The notes under the pieces: generated by a model | Seen by the model: only the letters and a program-made list of their open reading frames with translations | The model's database searches: none | Told to the model about the DNA's origin: nothing | Shown here: positions 32,910 to 43,981 of the stretch, one piece after another | How positions within the stretch are numbered: position 1 is the first letter of the stretch | How the letters are laid out: every line of letters starts with the position of its first letter | Program-made: the position numbers and the translations under genes | Origin: Octopus bimaculoides | Lineage: Eukaryota | Assembly (NCBI RefSeq): GCF_001194135.2 | Contig: NC_068991.1 | Coordinates: 39,336,255-39,380,235, forward strand | Reading direction: 5' to 3' | Length of the DNA stretch: 43,981 nt

Positions 32910-35066
32910 TTTATGTCTTTTTCTCTTTGTTTGTAGGATAGTATTAGTGAATTTTGAGTTTCTGCACTCCACCATAAAATGGAAATTATCAAATAGTCTA
33001 AAATAAGATTGAATGTGACAAGGTTTCAACTGTTGACCTTAACTTTGCACCTATTCTCTCTCTATAATTAAAAAAAAAACAAACAAATGTAGCATTCTAT
33101 TTGCATGCATGGCTTAGAGCTACCAATATTTGGTAAACTTAGTTCAACAAAGCTTTAATTCATCACATGTTCATATGTTGGCCTAGCACTGCTGCATGCC
33201 TGTGAGAGATGGTACTGCAAAAGGCAGTGATTAAACCTAGGTAGATGGTATCTGTAATGTGTGGTTTAAGAAAACCGAGTTGATTTGAATTTTACCTCTC
33301 TACTGTATAAAGAACACACACAGCTAGCGAAAATGGTTTCAGTTAACTTGTGCAACTCTTGGTTGGTCACATTATATTACAGTATAGCTTTAATAATTCT
33401 GGAGTACTTACTTTCTTTTCTAATTTTCTACCACTCTGGATTTACTTGCAGAATTGAAAATGAATTCTTCATTGGTTCAAATACCTGGTGATTTACTAAT
33501 TAATTTCTCATTTGTGTATTACTAATCACCTGCATCTGCTCAGTTCAGTATTAACAAAGCTTTTCACTATTATCTTCCATTTCCATATGACCTTTCAGTA
33601 TTACAATATATAAAAATCACTCAATTTTGTCATCATTACATTCCTTTTCTTCACCCCAATCTCCATTATATTTTAGAGAACCACAGTTGTTGAAGTGTTG
33701 ACAGTTCATGTTTGGCCACTAGCACTGTACTGTCAAAGATGCTGAACTTTTAATGGTCTAATCTACCTGACTATTAATTAAGTATAACGGATGTTACACT
33801 GCTGTAAACATTAGGAATACTATGATTAATGAATGGCATTAGCATGGAGTACCAAAGTTCAGATTCCTTCAAGAGTTTTTGAAGTGGGAAAAAAATCATT
33901 ATATTATTTTATTGGTATGTTTACAATGGGAAAACATTAAAAAAATGTTGTTGCAAACTTACAACAAAAGAACAGGATATAACTGCCACTTCTATTTTTA
34001 AATTGTGTGTAATTGGACAAAATACTTCCAAAGATTTGTCTTCCTTCATTTCCAGTATTTATACATTAACAATTTTATGTATTAAGTATCCATAAAGCTT
34101 GTATGTCTTCCTTAGAAGTTTAGTCACTCATCAATCTTCTGACCTGTCATTAGTGATTATTTATTTAAATTCTCCCATAAAATAACAAAAAAGTTAATCC
34201 ATACATGTTTTTTAAAAAAAAAAGGCTCAACTTTTCCATAATATACATACACATTTGTGTATAAGCTAAAATCAATGTAGTCAAAAACATCAAACAGTGT
34301 CAACTGCATTTTGGATGTAGATTCATTTGTCTCATACCAGCCTATGAAAAGACAGAAAATGAATAATAGACACACATATGTGCATGTGTGTGTGTGTGTG
34401 TATATATAAAAGAAGTCAAAAATACCTGTAGCTATGTAAGAAAAAAAATCGTAATTGTTCAGTGTTTCTTGAAGGGAATTGGTTAAATATGGAATAATTT
34501 CCATAAAGAGCAATGATTCCAAAATATACTTTAGTAGTTATGAAGATTTTTAATCCAAATTTTTACAAAAAGATATGAAAACTGTTTCCTTTATTTTTTT
34601 GTCTTCCATACACTTGTGTATATATGTATGTATGCATTTGTTTATTTGAAGGATCTCACATTTGTTTTTTTTTTTCTTTAATCAATGGAATTACTCATTT
34701 TAATTCCATAGAATTAACATGGCACTGACAAAGCTGGGCTCTTAAATCACAGGTATTGTCCACCCTAAAGGCGTCTGTACAGTTTCTGTCTACTTAATTT
34801 TTCTCAGGGCACTTATTTCAATTTAAGGCTAATGTAGAAATCACTGAAGGAGCCAACAGGGTGTTAACCCAGATTCACATAATTGCAAAGTGAACTTCTT
34901 AACCACTCAGTCATATTCACACACACACACATGCATTTTGTATTAGGGACACAATCAGATGTTTCTTCTTTTGGTTTCTCTTTGATATAAATAGAAGATA
35001 TTATGGCTGAGATATAAAATTAAAGGAACATATTTAGCTATGGTTGTCTTTTAAATTGTTTTGTAA

Positions 35067-35107
<41 letters not shown>

Positions 35108-38100
35108 AAATATTTATAAAGTTTGTTTAAATCTAAAATGGTCAGTTTATTGTTGCGTTTTCCTCCTGAAACTTGTGCCAAATTCATATTTTAAGAAGTT
35201 TGGTTGAAACTTGTTTGTTTTGACTATATGTGTGTTTTACACAATAAAAAATGTGGTGGATGTTGTGGCTTGTCTCATTGTTCTTTTGTCATGTTAAAGA
35301 CAACAAAACGGGGCCATTGCTGATTACGTCTTCTGGTTTTCCAATTACAGTATNNNNNNNNNNNNNNNNNNNNNNNNNNNNNNNNNNNNNNNNNNNNNNN
35401 NNNNNNNNNNNNNNNNNNNNNNNNNNNNNNNNNNNNNNNNNNNNNNNNNNNNNNNNNNNNNNNNNNNNNNNNNNNNNNNNNNNNNNNNNNNNNNNNNNNN
35501 NNNNNNNNNNNNNNNNNNNNNNNNNNNNTTGTTTTTTTAAGAATCAGATGCCCCCCACCCAGGTGGTGGATTATGAAATTTGAAAAGAAAAAAATTGTTG
35601 TAAAATAATTTCTTTTATTGTAATCGTTATTAAATAATATACTGAACTTTTGTTAAAATTAAATCCCTTATTGATATTTGTAAACACAATAATAGGAATT
35701 TGGGAAAAGGATTACGTTTAGTGCCTTAGTCTGACTTACTGGGTGGTGGGGTTGTTTTCTAAATAAAGAAATGTCTTTCATTTTATTTGTTTGTTTATTT
35801 AAATGGAAGCCATGCCTACAAGTGAATTCCCTGGTTTCTTTTGTCTGCCACTCCTTGGCTCCACTACAGATTCAGGTTGTATTCAATGCTTTTGATCACT
35901 GAAATATTCAACACAACATACAATAATATTCACTGCTTTGTGTGAATTGCATTATATTTTCTATTCCCCACCCAAACATATTATTAAATGTGAAAACATA
36001 TCAGAGACTTGGCCCTGCTTCTAATTAGCCCCAAGAAAAAATGTCAGATCAAAATTGATCATTTACTGTTACGAAGCTGATTTAATTGTTATTGTCATAA
36101 TGTCTCCCACCACTCTCACATTTATTTATTTTTTTAGTAGTTTAAGCAAAATGGAGTCGAGAAGGGCAGATAACTGTTCTTCCTTGGCACATGAAATCCC
36201 TTTAAACACAAAGCAGTTCATGAAGATGTTTTTAAATCATTCAAAACGATGAAAAGAACAAAATTTAGGAATAAAAAGGAGACATTATATATATATATTT
36301 ATCCAAGTTTAAAGTTTAAAATTCTGCCATGCAATATATGAAGATTAACAGGCTAACTGTCATCTAAACAGTTCATATCTTCCCCTTTCACTGTTACAAA
36401 CCCTACTGGATTAATTTTACATATAATCCTTTTGAAGACAATGAACTACATCAGAATATGTGGGAGTTAGATTCACTTTGATATTCAAACTAACAGTATA
36501 TTGTTGATTTTGTGCCAAGTCTATTATTATTATTATTATTGCCTATTCTGTTACAATACTTGTTACAAATACTTGTAAAGATATTTATATTCACACACAC
36601 ACGCACAAGGTGTTGTTATGGATACCATTAAACAACTACCTGCATGCAATATTAGCCAGTCTGTTATCTCACACCTATTTTGCATTAAAAAATATCAATT
36701 CCTATGCATTTCTTTAACAAATATAATTTGGTACAATTTCTTTAAGTTATATGCACTCACACACATACATATATATATACATACACATATATACATATGT
36801 ATGCATACACACACACACATATACATATATAAGCTGATTTGTATGTATTATTAAACTGAATTTAACCAGCTGCTGAAGGCTTAGCTGTGCTAATATATAC
36901 ACATACATATATGTTCATATATACATATATAGCAAATATTTACTCCACTCTCTAGCGTGAATGAACAACAAGAATCTAAACAGTGGTGGGCTGGGGTGGA
37001 TATTTTATTAACTTTCAATATATTGGGGTGTGATAGGGGGGGGGTCTAACATTGCCAGTTAGGTGCAAGATTATTTATGTATAAATACCTAACATTGTTC
37101 TGGGATATTTTATTTCGTGCCCTTTTACATTTTTACATCTTCATTGATATTTAAAGAATTTTTAATTAGATTGTCAGTAATAAAATGATAATTAGATGTT
37201 TTATTGTGTCTAGTTGAAAAACTCACTTCTCTGGGTTCAAATACTGCTGGGGTTCACTTTATCATGCATCCATCAAGGGTCAATAAAACATAATCAGTAA
37301 ATTGTGGAGTTGATTCATTCAACTACATCCCCCTCGTACATAAATTGGCCCATTGCACCTAGTCAAAAGTAATCAGCAAAAGCCTAAGTCATGTTTTGTT
37401 TTAATTTTTTTTCCTACATTTTGAAGAGGGAGAAAAAATTTTGATCTTAAGAGAAAAAAAAATTGTATAAGTTAATTTCCTTTTCTCTCACTTCAACATG
37501 GAAAAACGTATGTTATAATTTTATAACACTTTTTTTTGTTTATATTTTGTTGTCATTTTTGTGTTATTTTCTACTTGCAGTCATTAATTGTATATCATTT
37601 CTAAAGTATCAATAAATCAATATTACTAATAGTGTTGTTGTTTTGTTTTTTTTCTGTTTCTTTGTTTTCTCTGCTGTTGAGTGGTTGATTTTCCAGTCTT
37701 TCCCTTCACATGGTCATGACCCATTCAACCGCTCACTATATTAAATGGAAATGTCTAATTGTTTTTGACTGTTTACAATATACAAAATGTATATGTTCTT
37801 CTTACCAACCTGAAAACAATGTATTTAACAACAGCTGTATTTGCATTCAAGAAATATAATGGAATCAGTTTGGATTACAAAATTGTTCTTGATATATTTC
37901 GAATTTTAAAAAGGTAATAGAAACAATGTATATGTGTACATAAAAATATTTTATTTAATTTTAATAAGTGTTAGAGGTGGGGAAAATTTGAAATGAAAAA
38001 AAACCATTCTGTCCTTAGGATTCAGTTTGACATAAAAAAGTTTTTTGTTTTGAAGGTGAACAATTGATTTTTTTTTACAGCTGAATGATTTTCCTACCAA

Positions 38101-38203
38101 ATCAACAATGAACTTGGGGAACCAGTTCTCGGACAATAAGCTCAGGCCGATCAGAGTTATGTGCCTTGTTTAGAGGCATCACATGCTGGGTACTGAGACT
38201 AGG

Positions 38204-38397
38204 GATATATATATATATATATATAAGCAATGTTAAATCTCTGAACGAGGTGTTAACAGTAACTGCACGATAAAGTGAAGTATATTTGCCATTTAAATGT
38301 GGCTGACCCCTAAGGGTGGATGTTACTGTTGCTTTTAGCCCCAGGAGAACATCTCCTCCAGCTGGCTTATCGACACATATCTGTGTCCTGTCTATTA
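38204..38397 (+). repeat. Exact 194-bp duplicate of 39060-39253 across a 662-N gap (probable assembly artefact)
   Basis: Identical, including the (AT)10 length. Confidence 0.85.
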
Positions 38398-39129
38398 NNN
38401 NNNNNNNNNNNNNNNNNNNNNNNNNNNNNNNNNNNNNNNNNNNNNNNNNNNNNNNNNNNNNNNNNNNNNNNNNNNNNNNNNNNNNNNNNNNNNNNNNNNN
38501 NNNNNNNNNNNNNNNNNNNNNNNNNNNNNNNNNNNNNNNNNNNNNNNNNNNNNNNNNNNNNNNNNNNNNNNNNNNNNNNNNNNNNNNNNNNNNNNNNNNN
38601 NNNNNNNNNNNNNNNNNNNNNNNNNNNNNNNNNNNNNNNNNNNNNNNNNNNNNNNNNNNNNNNNNNNNNNNNNNNNNNNNNNNNNNNNNNNNNNNNNNNN
38701 NNNNNNNNNNNNNNNNNNNNNNNNNNNNNNNNNNNNNNNNNNNNNNNNNNNNNNNNNNNNNNNNNNNNNNNNNNNNNNNNNNNNNNNNNNNNNNNNNNNN
38801 NNNNNNNNNNNNNNNNNNNNNNNNNNNNNNNNNNNNNNNNNNNNNNNNNNNNNNNNNNNNNNNNNNNNNNNNNNNNNNNNNNNNNNNNNNNNNNNNNNNN
38901 NNNNNNNNNNNNNNNNNNNNNNNNNNNNNNNNNNNNNNNNNNNNNNNNNNNNNNNNNNNNNNNNNNNNNNNNNNNNNNNNNNNNNNNNNNNNNNNNNNNN
39001 NNNNNNNNNNNNNNNNNNNNNNNNNNNNNNNNNNNNNNNNNNNNNNNNNNNNNNNNNNNGATATATATATATATATATATAAGCAATGTTAAATCTCTGA
39101 ACGAGGTGTTAACAGTAACTGCACGATAA

Positions 39130-39581
39130 AGTGAAGTATATTTGCCATTTAAATGTGGCTGACCCCTAAGGGTGGATGTTACTGTTGCTTTTAGCCCCAG
39201 GAGAACATCTCCTCCAGCTGGCTTATCGACACATATCTGTGTCCTGTCTATTATACTTCACTTTATCGTGCAGTTACTGTTTTCACTTTTTCGATATCAG
39301 TGAATAACTTCACTGGAAAAAGACTTATATATTGCCAAGGGATTGTCATTCTCATCAAGGGTCGGCGATTGTCGTACGCTGAAGAAGGGAAATAACCCTG
39401 AAACTCGGGTCCGTACGTATCGCAGATCAGGATGGGAAGGATAACTTCCCTTGGCAAAAATAGACAGGACACAGATATGTGTCGATAAGCCAGCTGGAGG
39501 AGATGTTCTCCTGGGGCTAAAAGCAACAGTAACATCCACCCTTAGGGGTCAGCCACATTTAAATGGCAAATATACTTCACT
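39130..39581. mobile_element. Foldback/MITE with ~125-bp perfect inverted arms, same family as 709-1059
   Basis: agtgaagtatatttgcc...cctgtctatt (39130-39252) is the reverse complement of 39459-39581. It shares gatgttactgtt..tagccccagga.aacatc...ccagctggct.atcgacaca with 748-805. Confidence 0.9.
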
Positions 39582-40619
39582 ATATATATATATATAAAAT
39601 GAAATTTTTATCAATATATTTTTTGTGATAATCCTATAAATATAGATTCTTGCTTGTTGACTTTATATAAACAGACCTTTTATTTTATTAATGTAAACAA
39701 TATTAAAATTGAACATTAAAAAACAATTTAAGAATATAAAATAACTGAAGAGATTTTTGAAATGAATTTAATCAGTCATATATCTTTTGCTAACTGAACA
39801 ACACATTCTACATATATCATTACACAAAGTTGATTTTTTAAAAATTAGATTACTGAGACCTAGCTATGTTTGTTAACAGTCCTGTGAGCTATATAATGGA
39901 GTCAGTAGTGCAACAACTTGATTTTTACCTAAACACAAGTGCATACCCACTGTTACACCATTCAATAAATACATAAACAAATAAGGAAAATTTAAACAGA
40001 TGTATGCATACATACACACACGTAACTGAAGGTTGGTGAATATAAATACAGTATATACATACATACGTTCATGTTCATATATGCATGTCCATGGATTCCC
40101 ATACACATGCATAGACTTTTGCACAAATATGAAACAGAGAGATGAGAGTATACATACATAGGAGTACAAATATATGTAAATATATATAATCATATACAAA
40201 AAACCCAGTACTATGAAAGAACTGCTATACAGCAGTGAAAAAGCAAAACATGCACTGGGTGTTTACAGTTGATAACATTTACAACACTACCACTGCTTTT
40301 AATTTGTAATTGAATTTAATCTCATCATCGTAGAATTCCATGGTTCTTACGCCATTTGTATATAGTTATAGATTGGTGATTCAGGTATGTGATGTTGACA
40401 AGCCGCAAAGATGGTGAAATATTGATATCCAACACTCCTGAATGGGACTAGAAGTGAGTTGTCTTGCCTGTCTATGAAACTTCAGGTGTTCCAACACCCA
40501 GTGTTTTGAGGGAGTCGTCCCCAAAGTGCTATACCACAGCTAAGTGGCAAACAAGCAAAACTCATACACTGAGTATGTGTAGTCGATAATATACATATAT
40601 TGTTTCACTCATTTCATTA

Positions 40620-41290
40620 AACTGTGGCCATGCTGGGGCACTGTGTTGAAGAATTTCAGTCAAATAAATCGACCCTAGTACTTCTATTTTTTCTTAAGCC
40701 TGCTACTTATTCTATTAGTCTCTTTTTCCAAACTGCTAAGTTACAGGAATGTAAACACACTAACACCAGTTGTCAAGCAGTGGTGGTGACAAACAGACAC
40801 ACACACCTATGCTGAGACCCCCTTCGGTCATGACTGACCATGGGATTGCACCTAGAAAGTACCCTTCCGGGCAAGGTTGTTTATGGAAGACCAGCAGTCG
40901 CCCATGCATACCGGCCTCCCCGCTCCATGCCACCAGTGTTATCCAAGGCAAAGGCTGATACAGCTTGGCACCAGTAATGTCGCAACTCATTTCTACAGCT
41001 GAGTAAACTGGAGCAATGTGAAATAAAGTGTCTTGCTCAAGAACACAACACACAGCCTGGTCTGGGATTCGAACTCACGAACGTAAGCTCAACGCTCTAA
41101 CCACTGAGCCATGCGCCTTCACACACACACACACACACAATGAGCTTCTTTCCGTTTCCATCTACCAATTCCACTCACAAGGCTGTGATTGGCCTGATGC
41201 TATAGTAGAAGACACTTGCCCAAGGTACCATGCAGTGGGACTGAACCTGGAACTATGTGGGTAGGAAGCAAGCTTCTTACCATACAGCCA
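40620..41290 (-). mobile_element. Modular SINE (head 41139-41290, different tail 40620-40807) split by a nested SINE
   Basis: The rc head tggctgtatggtaagaagcttgcttcc...ttgggcaagtgtcttctactatagc matches the 10271/26615 heads. The tail ends ccccagcatggccacag. Confidence 0.7.
40808..41122 (-). mobile_element. tRNA-derived SINE with intact A and B boxes, inserted in a (CA)n tract
   Basis: rc: gtgaaggcgcaTGGCTCAGTGGttag...gaGTTCGAATCcc...gttcttgagcaagacactttatttcacattgctccagtttactcagctgtagaaatgag. Confidence 0.8.
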
Positions 41291-41767
41291 CTTCTGCACC
41301 TCCCACATATATATGGTTATTTAACTGGGAGAGGATATTTTGTCTCAGTACTCACAGTCTGTCACTAGTTTAGGTTTCTGTTTGAGTAAAACTGATACCA
41401 GTTTGTCCGATACAGATGTGCTCTCTCATTAATACAGTTGATTAAAATATATTGCTTTTATCTTCCCTTTGCCTCTTGAACTTTGTATTTGTTTTGGTTT
41501 TTATCTTCTGATAACGTCTGCCATTTAATGGTATGCTTTATTTTGACTATAAAGTTGTTAAGAGAAGGAGTTAGTTGGAAAAGAAAGAAATCTAGTACTA
41601 GAAGGCAACAAACAAGAGAAACATAAAATATTGATACAAGAATTAAAAAGGAAGGGGGGGGAGACAGTTGCACTGCATTTCTTGATGTGGATCAAAAGAA
41701 TGTGGATTGTTTCCCAAGAGTGAACCAGTTACCTTTTCTAGAAAATTTTTATTAAGTGATATATACT

Positions 41768-42128
41768 GTTGTTGTTGGCACTCAGTCGCTTATGACGTCG
41801 AGGGTTCCAGTTGATCCGATCAACAGAACAGCCTGCTCATGAAATTAACGTGCAAGTGGCTGAGCACTCCACACACGTGTACCCTTAACGTAGTTCTCGG
41901 GGATATTCAGTGTGACAAGGCTGACCCTTTGAATTACAGGCACAAGAGAAATAGGAAGTAAGAGTGAGAGAAAGTTGTGGTGAAAGAGTACAGCAGGGTT
42001 CGCCACCATCCCCTGCCAGAGCCTCCTGGAGCTTTAGGTGTTTTTGCTCAATAAACACGCACAACGCCCGGTCTGGGAATCAAAACTGTGAGTCCGCTGC
42101 CCTAACCACTGGGCCATTGCGCCTCCAC
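41768..42128 (-). mobile_element. Full-length tRNA-derived SINE with a 10-bp TSD and (CAA)n tail
   Basis: GATATATACT at 41758-41767 and 42129-42138. A box TGGCCCAGTGG. Tail gccaacaacaac. Confidence 0.88.
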
Positions 42129-42237
42129 GATATATACTAGACAAGTCATTAAATACATCATCATGCTTGTTTAATCTGCAGTTAAGTTCATCTTAATATG
42201 GCTGTATTCCAAGGGTTTCCAACATTTCCATTCCAAT

Positions 42238-42510
42238 GGAAGGTGCATGACTTAGTGGTTAGGGTATTCAGCTCACTATCATAAGGTCATGAGTTTGATT
42301 CCTGGACAACGTGTGTTGTGTCCTTGAGTAAGACACTTTATTGCTCCAATCCACTCAAATAGCAAAAGTGAGTAGTACCTGTAATTCAAAGGACCAGCTG
42401 TGTCACACTGAATCCTTCCTGAGAACTATGTTAAGGGCACACATGTCTGTGGAATGTTCAGCCACTTGTACGTTAATTTCATGAGTAGGCCATTTGGTTG
42501 ACTGAATCAA
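42238..42510 (+). mobile_element. Older SINE of a related family, opposite in orientation to 41768-42128
   Basis: catgacttagtggttagggtattc...gagtttgattcctg...cctgtaattcaaagg...cagccacttgtacgttaatttcatgag, complementary to segments of 41830-41940. Confidence 0.7.
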
Positions 42511-43437
42511 CTGAAACACTTCTTGTAACCATAAATCCAGGTCAGGTAATTCCAGTTATCACTGGCACCTTTTTCAAAGTAAATTTACCCCTGCTCTGTT
42601 TAGTTCAGTAATTTGAGTTTGAGATTTTACTAAATTGAAACAACTGACAAAGAAGAAACTTAAAATGATTTAAGTTCAAATAATAATAATGATCAAAATA
42701 ACATAATATTATTTCATTTATTCAAGAATTAATGATGATCAGATATCAGAACTGAATACATTTGTCTTAATCAAACAATTTCATTCAACATTATTACAAT
42801 ATGGATTATTAAAACTAAAGAAGTTGAAAGAAAAAATAAGTATTCTTTCACAAAATAGATCTACAAATTTTCTTCTCAACTTCAGATTTTTAAAAATATT
42901 ATAATAGCTTATTATAAAAATGTGGCATTAAGTCAAACAGTTGCTATCGTATGTAGCACTGATCCTGCTATTAGCAGATTCCATTGTGAAGACTGCCCCA
43001 CTGCTTTCTTTTGGCAAAGAAAGGCAAGCAATTTCCCACTTCTAGTGGTTATAGCAAAAGAAGTTGTGTGGTGAACACAACTTAAAGGACTGATGATTCA
43101 TCTTTCGTTTTCAGCAAGCCTGCATTAACTTTCTCAAATTCTACTTGGAAAGTAAAGTCGGATGGAGAGAAAGGTGCTGCACTCCATAAATTTGTGAAAA
43201 AATTGGTGATTGTAGCAAGAATGGCAGAAGTGAATGGACCAACTCTAAGTATGCACTTGTATGGTGGAGAGAGGACAATTTGCCCTGGTGCTCTTGATGA
43301 GTAGGGTGACTTGGGATCTGTAGATAGCCTAGAAGTCCTTGTCCTGTGTCAAGAGGAAGGGGAGGAAGACCCTCTTCCTCCTCCTGTTAATGCTCTATAC
43401 CATACATACTTCTGCTCTTTGAATGTTGGATCTTCAT

Positions 43438-43691
43438 CAGTGTTTCTCAACCATTTTTTTACCTATGACCCCTTTAATTCCTATTTTACTTGGGATGGAC
43501 CATCCTAGCCATTCAATGTTTAAAAAGTGATATTTATAATTAAATATTATTAGGAATTGTATAAAAAAAAAAATTGTAAAAATATTTTGTGTATTGTAGA
43601 AGTATAACCAATTTATTGCAGATAATTTTTAGCAATAAAAATTTCATATGGGCCACCAAAAGGACAAATGGACCCTGGTTGAGAGCCATTG
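43438..43691. mobile_element. Non-autonomous hAT (Charlie-type) MITE, 254 bp
   Basis: TIRs CAGTGTTTCTCAACC and rc CAATGGCTCTCAACC. 8-bp TSD ATCTTCAT at 43430-43437 and 43692-43699. Confidence 0.92.
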
Positions 43692-43981
43692 ATCTTCATG
43701 AATAAAAATGTTAATCTCATTCTTGAACATGGTTCCGAATTCAATGTTTGATAGAAGTACCATGAACTATAGAAGCTGGAATAGTTCTACAATGGTAAAG
43801 AGATGAAATGGATATTCTTTCTAACATTGACTTTTGCTATCCAAAATACTAAACTCTCCAGATTTAAAACAAAAAGTTGTGTAGAGAATACACAACTCAT
43901 TGACTTCAGCTACACACTGGTACTCTGCAGTTTCTGTCATCAGTTACTTTTGCATTTAGGTTTATTTTATATATATATATA

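Noticed and set aside
38316-39129. Long ORFs of 239-269 aa in the ORF track
   Set aside because: They consist almost entirely of X from the N-gap, and the flanks are MITE sequence.
40808-42300. tRNA-like A/B boxes
   Set aside because: These are SINE heads with long bodies, tails and TSDs. No complete cloverleaf, so they are not tRNA genes.
42900-43437. GC-richer stretch with ORF 43311-43508, possibly a LINE remnant or an exon of a neighbouring gene
   Set aside because: All frames I translated have stops and no convincing motif. The ORF runs into the hAT MITE.

Overview
AT-rich eukaryotic genomic DNA with many microsatellites and SINEs and five N-gaps. The repeat content looks like an Octopus/cephalopod draft assembly (inference). 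It holds one clear protein-coding gene on the + strand: a lamin B receptor / delta14-sterol-reductase family gene (LBR/TM7SF2, ERG24 family). I reconstructed it as 10 coding exons (13231-31515, 1551 nt, 516 aa) with consistent phases and GT-AG sites, a dual-CCAAT promoter near 5550-5640 and probably two 5' non-coding exons. The predicted protein has an RS-rich nucleoplasmic N-terminus and no Tudor domain. Several normally invariant reductase motifs are substituted, so it may be a structural nuclear-envelope protein with weak or no enzyme activity (hypothesis). The rest is transposon-derived: a decayed Charlie-type hAT transposase, a near-full-length Tc1 element, three foldback/MITE families (two copies with clear 8-bp TSDs), RTE LINE fragments and many modular tRNA-derived SINEs. 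Two gaps are flanked by exact duplications that are probably assembly artefacts. I found no CRISPR array, rRNA gene or genuine tRNA gene. Family comparisons are from memory of reference sequences and need database confirmation.
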